Positions 1 to 9,562 of a stretch of DNA of 64,000 nt are shown here, piece by piece; position 1 is the first letter of the stretch, and every line of letters starts with the position of its first letter. The stretch is from Bdellovibrionales bacterium (GTDB lineage Bacteria; Bdellovibrionota; Bdellovibrionia; Bdellovibrionales; JAGQZY01), in the NCBI GenBank assembly GCA_964230645.1, contig CAXRHT010000001.1:128001-192000 (forward strand), written 5' to 3'. Position numbers and translations under genes: made by a program. Below the pieces are notes generated by a model. That model searched no databases. It was not told where the DNA came from and saw only the letters and a list, made by a program, of their open reading frames with translations.

Positions 1-366
1 AGAAACCACCGGAATGAGAGCAAGAGCTGTGAGTAAAAGCATCGTGGCTTCATAGATTTTCTTGGCTTTCGGAGGGATCGCAATGAAAAAGCTCAAGCAG
101 CGAGAATAGTAATAATGAGCAAGGAACATGAGAAGAATTGTTACCAGCACCACAATTCTCGTAAAGGTTGTCGAGAAAGCCATTGAATAAACGACGGTAA
201 CACTCACAGTAAACAAAGCGCTAAGAAAACAAAAAACAGACAACTGTTTTGATCTCTCTAAGCCCCATTGCTTATAGATATTAAATTGTCTAAGAGCTAA
301 GAAAAGCAGAGCGACACTGCAGAAAAAGCTTATCCCTGGTGCGGTTTTCTCAAATACTTCTATCAA
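1..366 (-). CDS. Membrane sensor-domain protein, paralog of the adjacent AraC protein N-terminus (partial, runs off window)
   Basis: Not in ORF track. Manual translation from TTG at 366 (GGAGG 8 nt upstream) stays open to position 1: MIEVFEKTAPGISFFCSVALLFLALRQFNIYKQWGLERSKQLSVFCFLSALFT..., which aligns with PGLSFFCFAALLLLAFIQFRLYQTRGFQRSKAIGLFCFFSALYT of 429..1550. Confidence 0.85.
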   Translation of the reverse strand, partial: MIEVFEKTAPGISFFCSVALLFLALRQFNIYKQWGLERSKQLSVFCFLSALFTVSVTVVYSMAFSTTFTRIVVLVTILLMFLAHYYYSRCLSFFIAIPPKAKKIYEATMLLLTALALIPVVS

Positions 367-428
367 AGGATTCGCCTCCAAGCGGTTAGATTGAAGCTAC
401 TACGAATCTTCATATTTTTAAATAATTT

Positions 429-1550
429 TTATGGGCTTTGATCTCGACGATACTCACTGGGAGTTTGGCCAACAATTTTTTTAAACGAGGTGTTGAAACT
501 GGATTTCGAGTTAAAACCCGATTCGTAGGCCACCTCCATAATATTCTTATTTGGATCATTTAAAAGACGTCTTTTGGCCTCTTCGATCCGGTACTGACTG
601 ATCCACTGAAAATAGTTTGTATTGAGATGAAAGCTAATGGCCTGCGAAACAAGATAGCTGGGTGTTTTTGCCGTGCGAGCTAAATCACTGACCTTGAGAT
701 TGGAATTGAGGTAGAGTTTTTCATTTTCCATAAGCCTCTCAATTTTAGTCGCGATTTTAGAGAGCTGCTCCTGATTTAGACCTTTATTTTCAACATCCTC
801 TTCCTCGACATTCTCTTCTCGATCTAACTTGTCTAAATAGGCTTCACGACTAGCTATTGAATTCATTCGGAAAGCTTCAAAGATATTGGCTAGAAAGACC
901 ATTGGAATATAAAAATCAATTGCGATGGGAAGAACCAGAAACTCCATACCACAGGCTACTAAATTAGTGGTGAGCCCTGCCATTAGGAAATAGTCTCTAG
1001 AGGACTGGTAAATTCGAACCAGAATATAGGCACTCGTTAGACCATGGATCAGACTAAAGGCGCCGTAAAAAAACATAGCCAGAACCGTCGGTTCACCTAA
1101 ACGAGTGGTGTAGGCATCCAAAAAGAAATGCCCGGTCTCGTTGATCGTGTTGCGATCAAAAACCAATTCAACATCAAAAACTATAAGACTCATTGCAAAA
1201 CCAATATGCACAAGCCCCAAGCCAAGCATGCTTGATTTATAAAATTTTTGCAGCCAATGAGGGATTGAAATAAAATAGCCCAGACTTTTCATATAAAAGT
1301 ACAGAGCGACATAAAGTAAGAAGTGAAAGCCCACCACAAAAAATCGAACCGTATCAGCGGAAAAGTGATCGGCGTAAACCACGACCTCAATAAAGGTATA
1401 AAGAGCGCTAAAGAAACAAAAAAGCCCAATCGCCTTGGATCGTTGAAAACCTCTAGTTTGATAGAGACGAAATTGGATAAAAGCCAGCAACAAAAGAGCT
1501 GCAAAACAAAAAAAGCTCAATCCTGGAAATATAACTTGGACAAACTCCAT
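429..1550 (-). CDS. Membrane-anchored AraC-family transcriptional regulator
   Basis: Multiple N-terminal TM helices; C-terminal AraC HTH (RIEEAKRRL...IMEVAYESGFNSKSSFNTSFKKIVGQTPSEYR). Confidence 0.93.
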   Translation of the reverse strand: MEFVQVIFPGLSFFCFAALLLLAFIQFRLYQTRGFQRSKAIGLFCFFSALYTFIEVVVYADHFSADTVRFFVVGFHFLLYVALYFYMKSLGYFISIPHWLQKFYKSSMLGLGLVHIGFAMSLIVFDVELVFDRNTINETGHFFLDAYTTRLGEPTVLAMFFYGAFSLIHGLTSAYILVRIYQSSRDYFLMAGLTTNLVACGMEFLVLPIAIDFYIPMVFLANIFEAFRMNSIASREAYLDKLDREENVEEEDVENKGLNQEQLSKIATKIERLMENEKLYLNSNLKVSDLARTAKTPSYLVSQAISFHLNTNYFQWISQYRIEEAKRRLLNDPNKNIMEVAYESGFNSKSSFNTSFKKIVGQTPSEYRRDQSP

Positions 1551-1556
1551 CCTCTA

Positions 1557-1585
1557 TTAATATCTCAAACCAAGGGGCTTTTCAA
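1557..1585 (-). promoter_or_regulatory. Putative sigma70 promoter, near-leaderless
   Basis: TTGAAA-N17-TATTAA-N6-ATG on minus strand. Confidence 0.4.
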
Positions 1586-1608
1586 TTCTCTATAAATGGT
1601 TCAACTGT

Positions 1609-2313
1609 TCACTTTTTTGTTTTTTCAAGGAGATACTGGGAATAGGCTTCGTTAATATCTTGAATTCGACAAGTTCTTCGAATGAAATCAATAAGCTTCT
1701 TTTTTACACTTAAGCGTAACAGATTTGATAGGTCACAGCGCTCATCGAGCATTTCCACAATGGCTTGGGAAGTTTTATAGTGAACCGCAATGGGGATGGA
1801 GCTTGGTTGAAACGGATGACCCATCTTAGTGATATCGCTAAACTTTTTTTGTTTTGTAAGCCAGTGGTAACTCACCTTCCCTTTACGGGAGTAAAAATTG
1901 GCAAAGCCTTCTTCGAGCCAGCGTGGAATAGAACTTTTGTACTTTTGATAGAAGATCACATGAACAAGTTCGTGTCCCAGTATTTGATCTAAATTTTTAT
2001 GGGTCGCTCTAGGGCTAATGTGAACCTCGGTGCTTTTGGGAGATTTAATGGTCACAGCGGCAGGCCTTGAGCCCAAAGTGTGGGCCTTTTTGAAAGATCC
2101 CTCAGTGGTGTGAAAATACACTGGTACCCGTCTTATTTTCCATTCCAATCGGGATTCAAGTTTCTCAGTGATACGTTCCACACGATTTTGCTTTACCCAA
2201 TCAGGAAGATTATGCAAAACCAGTGAGTTTGTTCGCACCTCTTTGGCTGAAGCTAAAAGAGAAACAAAAATAAAAGCCTGAGAAATAAGAAGTGATTTAA
2301 TTTTCGGCATCAC
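1609..2313 (-). CDS. Secreted zinc metallopeptidase-like protein (gluzincin / peptidase MA-like)
   Basis: Signal peptide (LLASA-KE); HELVH followed by WLEEGFA. Confidence 0.75.
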   Translation of the reverse strand: MMPKIKSLLISQAFIFVSLLASAKEVRTNSLVLHNLPDWVKQNRVERITEKLESRLEWKIRRVPVYFHTTEGSFKKAHTLGSRPAAVTIKSPKSTEVHISPRATHKNLDQILGHELVHVIFYQKYKSSIPRWLEEGFANFYSRKGKVSYHWLTKQKKFSDITKMGHPFQPSSIPIAVHYKTSQAIVEMLDERCDLSNLLRLSVKKKLIDFIRRTCRIQDINEAYSQYLLEKTKK

Positions 2314-2818
2314 TCCCCTTCTTTACAATCTTATCTTTGAGGTTTTTTAGGATCTGGGAGGCATCATAATACTTAGCCTCTTGTTCTTTATTGATTCCCT
2401 TACTCATACTAATAAAGCCCACCGCTTCAAATTCATTGTGGGTCACTACCCCACCCCCTGGAGCATTGGGACCGTAGATGTAATAGGGGAAGCGGCGACG
2501 ATCTCTAGGGTAAAAACCATAAATACTGGGCGCCATACTCTCTGTTTCTGACATTCGGTCGGTTTCAAAATGAGTGAACCGAAAAAATTTGAATCCGTTT
2601 TCGAGAGTTGCTTCGGCCGCTCGATAAAAAAGGTAGGTTTCTACCGTTTCTCTTTCGGTCACCTTATTGCCTTTGAATGAAACTCTTAACTTATTATCGT
2701 CGAGCTTCGTATCTTTATATCCATTCCCAAGATATCCCGCCGGCTGATAAGGGGTGGGAGTGGCACAAGCGGACAAGCCCAATAGAGCGAGTATCAGTGT
2801 TCCCTTTTGAAAAATCAT
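2297..2818 (-). CDS. Lipoprotein, CC0125/CC1285-like
   Basis: Lipobox LSAC followed by ATPTPYQPA..GY; YRAAEATLENGF motif. Confidence 0.75.
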   Translation of the reverse strand: MIFQKGTLILALLGLSACATPTPYQPAGYLGNGYKDTKLDDNKLRVSFKGNKVTERETVETYLFYRAAEATLENGFKFFRFTHFETDRMSETESMAPSIYGFYPRDRRRFPYYIYGPNAPGGGVVTHNEFEAVGFISMSKGINKEQEAKYYDASQILKNLKDKIVKKGSDAEN

Positions 2819-2877
2819 CTCATCCTTTCAAGCGTTGAGTTCAAGACTGGGTTATCATACCAGGATAGTCTTTCGAC

Positions 2878-3089
2878 TGTCATTCTCACCTGTCACTCTG
2901 CCTGAATGTCATTCTGAGCGCAGCGAAGAATCTGTCGCGCTAGCTTCGAGAATAGATTCTTCGCTTCGCTCAGAATGACAATGTGTGGGCTTCGCTCAGA
3001 ATGACAATGTGTGGGCTGCGCTCAGAATGACAATGTGTGGCCTGCGCTCAGAATGACATTCAGGTGGGATGACAGGGGCTCAGAATGCC
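2878..3089. repeat. REP-like palindrome with tandem 26-bp amplification of one arm
   Basis: 27-bp inverted arms at 2907-2933 and 2954-2980 (1 mismatch, 20-nt spacer); unit GCT(T/G)CGCTCAGAATGACAATGTGTGG about 3.7 copies at 2963-3058; 2901-2923 is the perfect reverse complement of 3042-3064. Confidence 0.92.
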
Positions 3090-3103
3090 GTCCGAGAATT
3101 CCT

Positions 3104-3601
3104 CTATTTATTCTTTTTTTCTTGGGCCGCTCTTTTTTTGGCTAAATTTTCGAGACGGTAGGCTCTTCTCTCTTTACCCGCTTGGTATCTTCTTTTTTCG
3201 TCAGGGGTTTGTGGATCAATTGGAGCGATCTCGGTGGGTTTACCCTGGGAATTAAGGGCTACAAAGGTCAGGTAAGCTGTGGCTGTGTGGAAGGTTTCAT
3301 TGGTTGTTGGATTTTCAGCATCCACACGCACACCGATTTCCATGGATGTCTTTCCAGTAAAATTCACGCTGGCTTTAAGATTTACGACCCAGCCAGTATA
3401 AACGGGCGCGACAAATTCCATTTCATCAAGATGAGCGGTAACAACAGTTTTTTGGGAGTGTCTTTGGGCACAAACGGCAGCGGCGATATCAATCCATGAC
3501 ATGATTGTACCGCCGAAAATCGTTCCCAAAGAATTTGTATGAGATGGAAGCACGAGCTCAGTCTTAATGACTTGGGAAAGTGAGACTGGTCGTGCTTGCA
3601 T
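3104..3601 (-). CDS. Acyl-CoA thioesterase (hotdog fold, YciA-like)
   Basis: HTNSLGTIFGGTIMSWID, TGKTSMEIGV motifs. Confidence 0.92.
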   Translation of the reverse strand: MQARPVSLSQVIKTELVLPSHTNSLGTIFGGTIMSWIDIAAAVCAQRHSQKTVVTAHLDEMEFVAPVYTGWVVNLKASVNFTGKTSMEIGVRVDAENPTTNETFHTATAYLTFVALNSQGKPTEIAPIDPQTPDEKRRYQAGKERRAYRLENLAKKRAAQEKKNK

Positions 3602-3625
3602 TAAAGATCCTTACGGATGAGAGGC

Positions 3626-4060
3626 TTATAGGCCAAACATTCCCATTCCACCGTTTCCAGTACCAGTTCCCCCGGTGCCAGTTCCAGTGTTATCTGGATT
3701 GTTTGTTTGCTGGTTGTTGTTGGTGTTGATTCCGGATCCAACAGTTGAGTTACCAGCAGGAATTGAGTCAATTCCTCCACCTTGATTGGTGTTGTTTCCA
3801 GCTGTTCCAGTGGCGTTGATTTGTTGTTGATTGTTTTGAGCCTCAACAAATCCCATATGAGGTAGACACCATACGATTAACTGGGCACGACTTTTAACCT
3901 GCATCTTCTTATAGATGTTAGTCAGGTGAAATTTCACCGTTTTCTCTGTGACAAAAAGTCGGTTGGCAACTTCCTTGTTGGAGAGCCCTTTTGAAACCAG
4001 CTCTGCCACCTCGGCTTCTCTATTGGACAAACCCTTCTGAATTAGGACATCTCTGAGCAT
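3626..4060 (-). CDS. LuxR-type HTH regulator with N/Q/T/G-rich tail
   Basis: LSNREAEVAELVSKGLSNKEVANRLFVTEKTVKFHLTNIYKK; SD GGAG upstream. Confidence 0.92.
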   Translation of the reverse strand: MLRDVLIQKGLSNREAEVAELVSKGLSNKEVANRLFVTEKTVKFHLTNIYKKMQVKSRAQLIVWCLPHMGFVEAQNNQQQINATGTAGNNTNQGGGIDSIPAGNSTVGSGINTNNNQQTNNPDNTGTGTGGTGTGNGGMGMFGL

Positions 4061-4458
4061 CCTTGCTCCCTTCGTTAGTTTAGTGGTTACTTTAGGCTTA
4101 ACGTCAGTGTTTCGCCTCTTTTAAAGTCTGGCAAGATGTTGGACTTTTTACAAGTGCCTGAATTAAAAAATTCTAAAACTGGACTCAGATTTTTGAAAAT
4201 CCTGACAATTTCATAATAAATATTTAGAGTCACTCAAAAAAATATTTGTAGAAAAGCACGACTAGACGTTTTTTGAGGGTTTGAGCCCTCGATGAAGGGC
4301 TTGAAAATGTAAGATCTTTCAGAAACTTTCAGGACCTTTCGCTATATTGCTGGAGGTCAAAACACAATCTCGACCTTAATATGCCTTTTTAATGATCAAA
4401 ATTTGGCCTTTGGGGAAGTTGTAAAACTTGAAAAGAGACAAAAGTCACAAGAATCCCG

Positions 4459-6786
4459 CTAAAGAATCTCAAGATCTTTTACCACCAGTTCCTTTTGAAG
4501 CTTTCTTAAAACATCCTCTGGATTTTTCCCCTCCATGGGTTCCACTCCAAAAATGTCATCAATTTGTCGCCCCCAGGTGTGAACTTTCGCCCAGGAAATC
4601 TGAAATCCCTCATTGTGAAGAGCTTGAATGGCTGTAAGCAAAAGACCTTTTTTATCACCCGCTCGAAAACTATAGACCCACTCTTCTTCATCCCATGAAA
4701 CCAAATCGATCTGAGAGAATGGGGTCTTATACTCCTTCACTGTCTCAACACCTTTTACCTGCAATCTTTTACGTAGCACCGGTAAGGACTTATTGGTTTT
4801 GACACAAAACCAATCGTATACCCCCATTTTTTTATCGGTGTAGATCATCGCCTGCCTAATATTACAGCCTAAGCTGGTAAGCTTTTGGGTGAACTCTAAA
4901 ACCAAGCCCGCTTGATCCTTTTTCTTGTGAAAACGCATCCACACCCGATTACGCCTGTCCTTCATAACTAAAGGATTTAATTCTTCTCCTTTTAAAATTT
5001 GCCTAAAGTCCTTTAACAAAACATTGTGAGAAAAGGCGTCGATGAGAGAAGAGTCCAAATCGTTTAAGAAAGCATCAGGGACTTTTAAATTTTGTCTTTT
5101 TAACTTTTGGGTAAAATCATAGTGCTTAGCCGGACTGGGATTCCTTAAGGTATCCACCATTTCGCAAAGAAGATTTTCCTTCCAAGAATTCCAAGCGTCC
5201 GGGTTGGTCGCTAAAATATCGATAACAGTAAATATAGCTAACCGATAAAGCCTCGGGCCGCGCACACCACGAGAAAATAAGTATTCCCAAGTTTTAGGAG
5301 ACTGAGGGTTTTTACGAAAAGCGGCCGTCGAGAGGATGAGATGATTTTCAACCAGCCAAGCCACCTCATGGGCAAAGTTCTTAGAAAAACCGAAAGCCTT
5401 GAGGTCTTTAAGGGTAAGCTCTCTTCCCTTTTTAGAATGATCCCCTTTTCTGCCTTTGGCAATATCATGGTAAAGAGCTGTCCATCGTAAAATATTCCAA
5501 TCCGAGATTTTCAACTTCTCACCAAAAAACTCCAGTTTCCCCAAAAGCTTCGGATAAGTGTAGATTCGGCGCACTTCCCTGACGGCTTGTAAAAGGTGAG
5601 CATTGACCGAGTAGCGATGATACTGATCGTGCTGCACAAGACCTATGACTTTGGTAAAATTGGGGATCAAATGAGAAACCATTTGCGAGCGAAAAGCCGC
5701 CACTGTGAGCTCATCTTCGGTTTTAATATCAAGAATTTTCTTAAGAATTTTTCCTTTTTCCGTTTTCTTGAGCTTTTCTTTGTTAAAACCCCTGGTGTCG
5801 TAAAGTTTTTTTCGAATAATCGCTTGAGTTTGTAAGCTCTGATCTTTTTTTAAGGCTTTCAGAGTGTCCCCCCAATTGGAAGGATCTTGCTTAGAAACGC
5901 GATTCATTTCTTTAAGTGTTAGTGTGCAGCGTTCATTAGCCCAGTCGGAATGAAAGCTCACTCTTGAAAGTCCTTTTTGAACCTCCATCATAAAACGGCG
6001 ATGACTTTCATAGCCAAACCAGTCGCTTAAATCCAATTGATCAGGAGCTGTGAGAATATCATGGGAGTGATGCAAATGAAGTTTTTGGCGAATCAATAAA
6101 AAGAAACAGCGGTAATAATCTAGAACTTTAAAAGCGTACTCATCTTCTAAGAAGCGCTCAGGGAACCACTCTCTTAAAATCATCGCCTGATGAAGATCCC
6201 TCAAACCACCGGAACCAAATTTTAAATTCGGCTCCAAAAAGTTAGCAATGGAATCATAGCGCTTAAAGCGCATTTTTCTTTCACTGACAATCACCTGAAG
6301 TAGTTTACGGCGAAAAGCTTTCTCACTTCTTAAGATAATATCTTTTTGAACCTGTAATCTTTTAGCACCCTCTTGGGTAAAGGCTTTGGCATTGAAAAGT
6401 GCGTTGATCTCAAGTTCTTCCACATTCTGGGTCCAATCCTCACGATTGTCTGGAACACGGTAGCGAAACTTCATTCCCAATTTTTCGGTGACATCAACCA
6501 CCTTTTTCACAGCTTCATCTGAACCACAGAAAATTACATCAAGGTCCGAGCCCGGACACAACTCTCCCCTTCCCCACGAACCAATAGCGATCGGATGAGC
6601 CTCTTGCCAACCATCGATTTCTCTGAGGCGATTTTCAATACATAAAGAAAGCCAAGAGGAAAAATCCAGAGCCACACTCAGGTTATGATCCAAAAGAACC
6701 TGACCCAAGGGGGTTGCCAGAGGGGGCCTCAACATTGCGCGGGCCTCTTCTAACTGTTTTTCTGTTAAGAAAGTTCTTGCTGCCAC
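4459..6786 (-). CDS. glnD: PII uridylyltransferase/uridylyl-removing enzyme
   Basis: NTase motif GSWGRGELCPGSDLD, EPNLKFGSGGLRD, HD domain (YHRYSVNAH, LYHDIAKG), two C-terminal ACT-like domains. Confidence 0.85.
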   Translation of the reverse strand: MAARTFLTEKQLEEARAMLRPPLATPLGQVLLDHNLSVALDFSSWLSLCIENRLREIDGWQEAHPIAIGSWGRGELCPGSDLDVIFCGSDEAVKKVVDVTEKLGMKFRYRVPDNREDWTQNVEELEINALFNAKAFTQEGAKRLQVQKDIILRSEKAFRRKLLQVIVSERKMRFKRYDSIANFLEPNLKFGSGGLRDLHQAMILREWFPERFLEDEYAFKVLDYYRCFFLLIRQKLHLHHSHDILTAPDQLDLSDWFGYESHRRFMMEVQKGLSRVSFHSDWANERCTLTLKEMNRVSKQDPSNWGDTLKALKKDQSLQTQAIIRKKLYDTRGFNKEKLKKTEKGKILKKILDIKTEDELTVAAFRSQMVSHLIPNFTKVIGLVQHDQYHRYSVNAHLLQAVREVRRIYTYPKLLGKLEFFGEKLKISDWNILRWTALYHDIAKGRKGDHSKKGRELTLKDLKAFGFSKNFAHEVAWLVENHLILSTAAFRKNPQSPKTWEYLFSRGVRGPRLYRLAIFTVIDILATNPDAWNSWKENLLCEMVDTLRNPSPAKHYDFTQKLKRQNLKVPDAFLNDLDSSLIDAFSHNVLLKDFRQILKGEELNPLVMKDRRNRVWMRFHKKKDQAGLVLEFTQKLTSLGCNIRQAMIYTDKKMGVYDWFCVKTNKSLPVLRKRLQVKGVETVKEYKTPFSQIDLVSWDEEEWVYSFRAGDKKGLLLTAIQALHNEGFQISWAKVHTWGRQIDDIFGVEPMEGKNPEDVLRKLQKELVVKDLEIL

Positions 6787-9278
6787 TGAGCTAGCCTATT
6801 GAGTGCATCCAAAGGAGTCAATTTTTGAATCTCAAGGCCTCGAATATTCTCTAACCACTTTTCTAGTTCGGGATTGGGTTGACTCTCTTGAACTTCAGTC
6901 TGTTCTTCCGCCATACGTTGCCATAAATCAAGTTGGGCACTACCACCCACCTCGCGGTGGTGATGAGCCTCATACTCTTTTAAAAGTTTACCGGCATACT
7001 TTACGACAGGCCCCGGCAGCCCCGCCAGTTTCGCCACCTGTATTCCGTAGGATTTTCCAGCAGCCCCCTCTTTTAATTGATAGCGAAAACGAATTTCACC
7101 ACTGTCCTCGCTTATGGCCATATGGCGATTGAGTAACTGCTCAGGATATTTGTCCTCTAAATCGGTGAGCTCATGGTAATGGGTAGCGAACAGGGTGTAG
7201 GATTTTAAAGTATTAATAAAATACTCCAAAATGGATTGCGCCAAACTCATACCATCGTAAGTGGAAGTTCCCCGTCCCACCTCATCCAGGATGACTAAGG
7301 AATTTTCAGTAGCTTTATTAAGCATTTCTGCGGTCTCAGTCATCTCAACCATAAAGGTAGAAAGACCTTCGGTGAGAAAGTCACTGGCACCAATACGGGT
7401 GAATATTTTGTCCACCAAAGGAAGCTCGGCTTTTCTGGCTGGAACAAAAGAGCCAATCTGAGCCATAAGACTTGTAATGGCCACCTGCCTCATCAGCGTA
7501 CTTTTACCCGCCATATTGGGCCCAGTGAGGAGAAGACATTGATTGGAATCCATTCGAATATCATTGGCAACGAATTGATTGGAGAGCACTTGCTCGATCA
7601 CTGGGTGCCGGCTTCCCTCAATTGAGATTTTGCCTTTTTCTTTGAGAGTGGGCCTTGAGTAATCGTTTTCCACAGCCAAATAAGCCAGAGCCGTGAAGAC
7701 ATCCAATTGGTTGCACTCTTGCGCTAATTGAACCAGTGCTCTCATGGAGCTGATCACATTTTTTTTGAGCTGCTCGAGGATTTCTAATTCGAGTTCCGCT
7801 CTTTTTGATTTTGCGGTAATCACTCTTTTTTCAAGCTCATTGAGCTCGTCGGTCACATAGCGTTCGGCATTGGTGAGAGTTTGCTTTCGCTGGTAGCGCT
7901 CTTTAGGAACTTTATCTTTATGAGTGTTTCGAACTTCAATATAGAAGCCAAAAACATTATTGTAGCGCACTTTAAGAGAAGGGATTGCCGTTTTTTCTTT
8001 TTCTTCTGACTCGAGCTTTCGAACTTCGCTTTGGGAGTCTTTCGCAATATGAATCAACTCATCAAGCTTAGTGTTAAAGCCTGTGGCTATAAAGCCTCCA
8101 TCTCTGAAATTAGCGGGAACCTCATCAACAAAGGCTGACTCAAGCTCTAAACGCAATTTTTTAAGCTTTTCTACAGCCTCATTATTTTTTGGAAGCTCTT
8201 CGTAAAACTTCAATAGTTCGAGTGCCGCTCCCATTGAGTCACAGAGGCTTTTAAAATCCCTCGGATGACACTGGGGCTGGCTGATTTTTCCAATACGTCT
8301 TTCAAGATCACCCACCTGAAAAAGAGTCTTACGCAGTGATTTCAAGTCGTCATATTGACCCACCCATTTTTCCACTTGATCCTGTCTTTGCACGATTTCA
8401 GAAGGATCAATTAAGGGAAACTGAAGCCAATTTTTTAACTTCCTGGCGCCACCGGCTGTGCGAGTGCGATTGATGGCGGCAAAGAGACTGGAATCTTTTT
8501 CTCCCTTGTAGGTTTTGAAGATCTCAAGATGGCGAAAGACCTGCGAAGACACTTGCATCCGCATACGAGAGTTTCTTTTTTCAAAAGGATGAAGCGAGGA
8601 GAGCACTGACTCTCCTTGCATAGAAACCGCGTAGGACAAAAGACGATTCGCCGATCGAGGCAAGTCCTTTTCCTGATCGAGGAGGTCCTCGTAGAAACTT
8701 ACCACTCCCTTCCAATGCTCAGGCTTAATAATATGAAAAAGCTTTTCTTGTTTCTCAGAAAGGATGATTTCTACAGGATTGAGAGTATCCACAAATTGAG
8801 AAATCTCGGTTGAGTCTTTTACCAGAAAATAAAAACACTCCCCAGTGGTTGAGTCCATAAAACTAAGAGTGTTTTCATCAAGGGAGCAGAGGTAGTTGGG
8901 CGAGGTCGACTCCAGAGTTTCTGGATCGTAAACCATTCCGGGTGAAAGAATCCTGGTGATCTCTCTTTTTACCAAACCTTTAGCCGTCTTTGGGTCTTCT
9001 ACCTGGTCGCATATGGCCACTTTCTTTCCGGCCTCTAAAAGCTTATTGATTTGACCTGCGATCGAATGGTGAGGCACTCCACACATGGGTGTTTGATCCC
9101 CTGATTTTTTGTTTCTTGCGGTAAGAGCAATACCCAAAAGAGGGGCTGCGATTTGAGCGTCCTCATGGAACATTTCAAAGAAATCCCCCATACGGAAGAG
9201 AACTATTTTGTCCGGGTGAATGGATTTTACACTCCAGTATTGCTTCATCAAGGGGGTCATTTCTTTTGCTTTTGCCAT
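6765..9278 (-). CDS. mutS: DNA mismatch repair protein MutS
   Basis: TPLMKQY, FRMGDFFEMF, TGPNMAGKST, LDEVGRGTST, FATHYHEL. Confidence 0.98.
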   Translation of the reverse strand: MAKAKEMTPLMKQYWSVKSIHPDKIVLFRMGDFFEMFHEDAQIAAPLLGIALTARNKKSGDQTPMCGVPHHSIAGQINKLLEAGKKVAICDQVEDPKTAKGLVKREITRILSPGMVYDPETLESTSPNYLCSLDENTLSFMDSTTGECFYFLVKDSTEISQFVDTLNPVEIILSEKQEKLFHIIKPEHWKGVVSFYEDLLDQEKDLPRSANRLLSYAVSMQGESVLSSLHPFEKRNSRMRMQVSSQVFRHLEIFKTYKGEKDSSLFAAINRTRTAGGARKLKNWLQFPLIDPSEIVQRQDQVEKWVGQYDDLKSLRKTLFQVGDLERRIGKISQPQCHPRDFKSLCDSMGAALELLKFYEELPKNNEAVEKLKKLRLELESAFVDEVPANFRDGGFIATGFNTKLDELIHIAKDSQSEVRKLESEEKEKTAIPSLKVRYNNVFGFYIEVRNTHKDKVPKERYQRKQTLTNAERYVTDELNELEKRVITAKSKRAELELEILEQLKKNVISSMRALVQLAQECNQLDVFTALAYLAVENDYSRPTLKEKGKISIEGSRHPVIEQVLSNQFVANDIRMDSNQCLLLTGPNMAGKSTLMRQVAITSLMAQIGSFVPARKAELPLVDKIFTRIGASDFLTEGLSTFMVEMTETAEMLNKATENSLVILDEVGRGTSTYDGMSLAQSILEYFINTLKSYTLFATHYHELTDLEDKYPEQLLNRHMAISEDSGEIRFRYQLKEGAAGKSYGIQVAKLAGLPGPVVKYAGKLLKEYEAHHHREVGGSAQLDLWQRMAEEQTEVQESQPNPELEKWLENIRGLEIQKLTPLDALNRLAQWQQELS

Positions 9279-9288
9279 AGGGCTAAGA

Positions 9289-9317
9289 ACTATAGGAAGG
9301 GGTCAAAGATTTGTCCA
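9289..9317 (-). promoter_or_regulatory. Putative sigma70 promoter of mutS-glnD
   Basis: TGGACA-N17-TATAGT, 10 nt upstream of ATG, no SD. Confidence 0.45.
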
Positions 9318-9562
9318 AAAGTTCCATTCCGACATCCGGAAATGCCATCCTGCAGCGACAGAGAGCCCTTCTTTCGGTACAGCCCCCTCATCAGGTCTAA
9401 TGCAAGAGGGAATCTGTGCGAGTTGAAAGCTTTTCATCCCTGCTTTTGGCAAATTCTAACGTCCACTCAATTTCCTATCGACACAGGAAAACCAGGGCCA
9501 TAGTGTAAGGGGCAGAAAATGTAAGCCTAGTATTTAGGCAATTAAATTGGGGACATCAAATT

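Noticed and set aside
2963..3058. CRISPR array
   Set aside because: 26-bp period with invariant linker; derived from a palindrome arm
4061..4458. Riboswitch upstream of the LuxR gene
   Set aside because: Small hairpins are present but no recognisable aptamer consensus (for example c-di-GMP-I)
4459..6786. Defence-type nucleotidyltransferase/HD system
   Set aside because: NTase-HD-ACT-ACT order and motifs match GlnD
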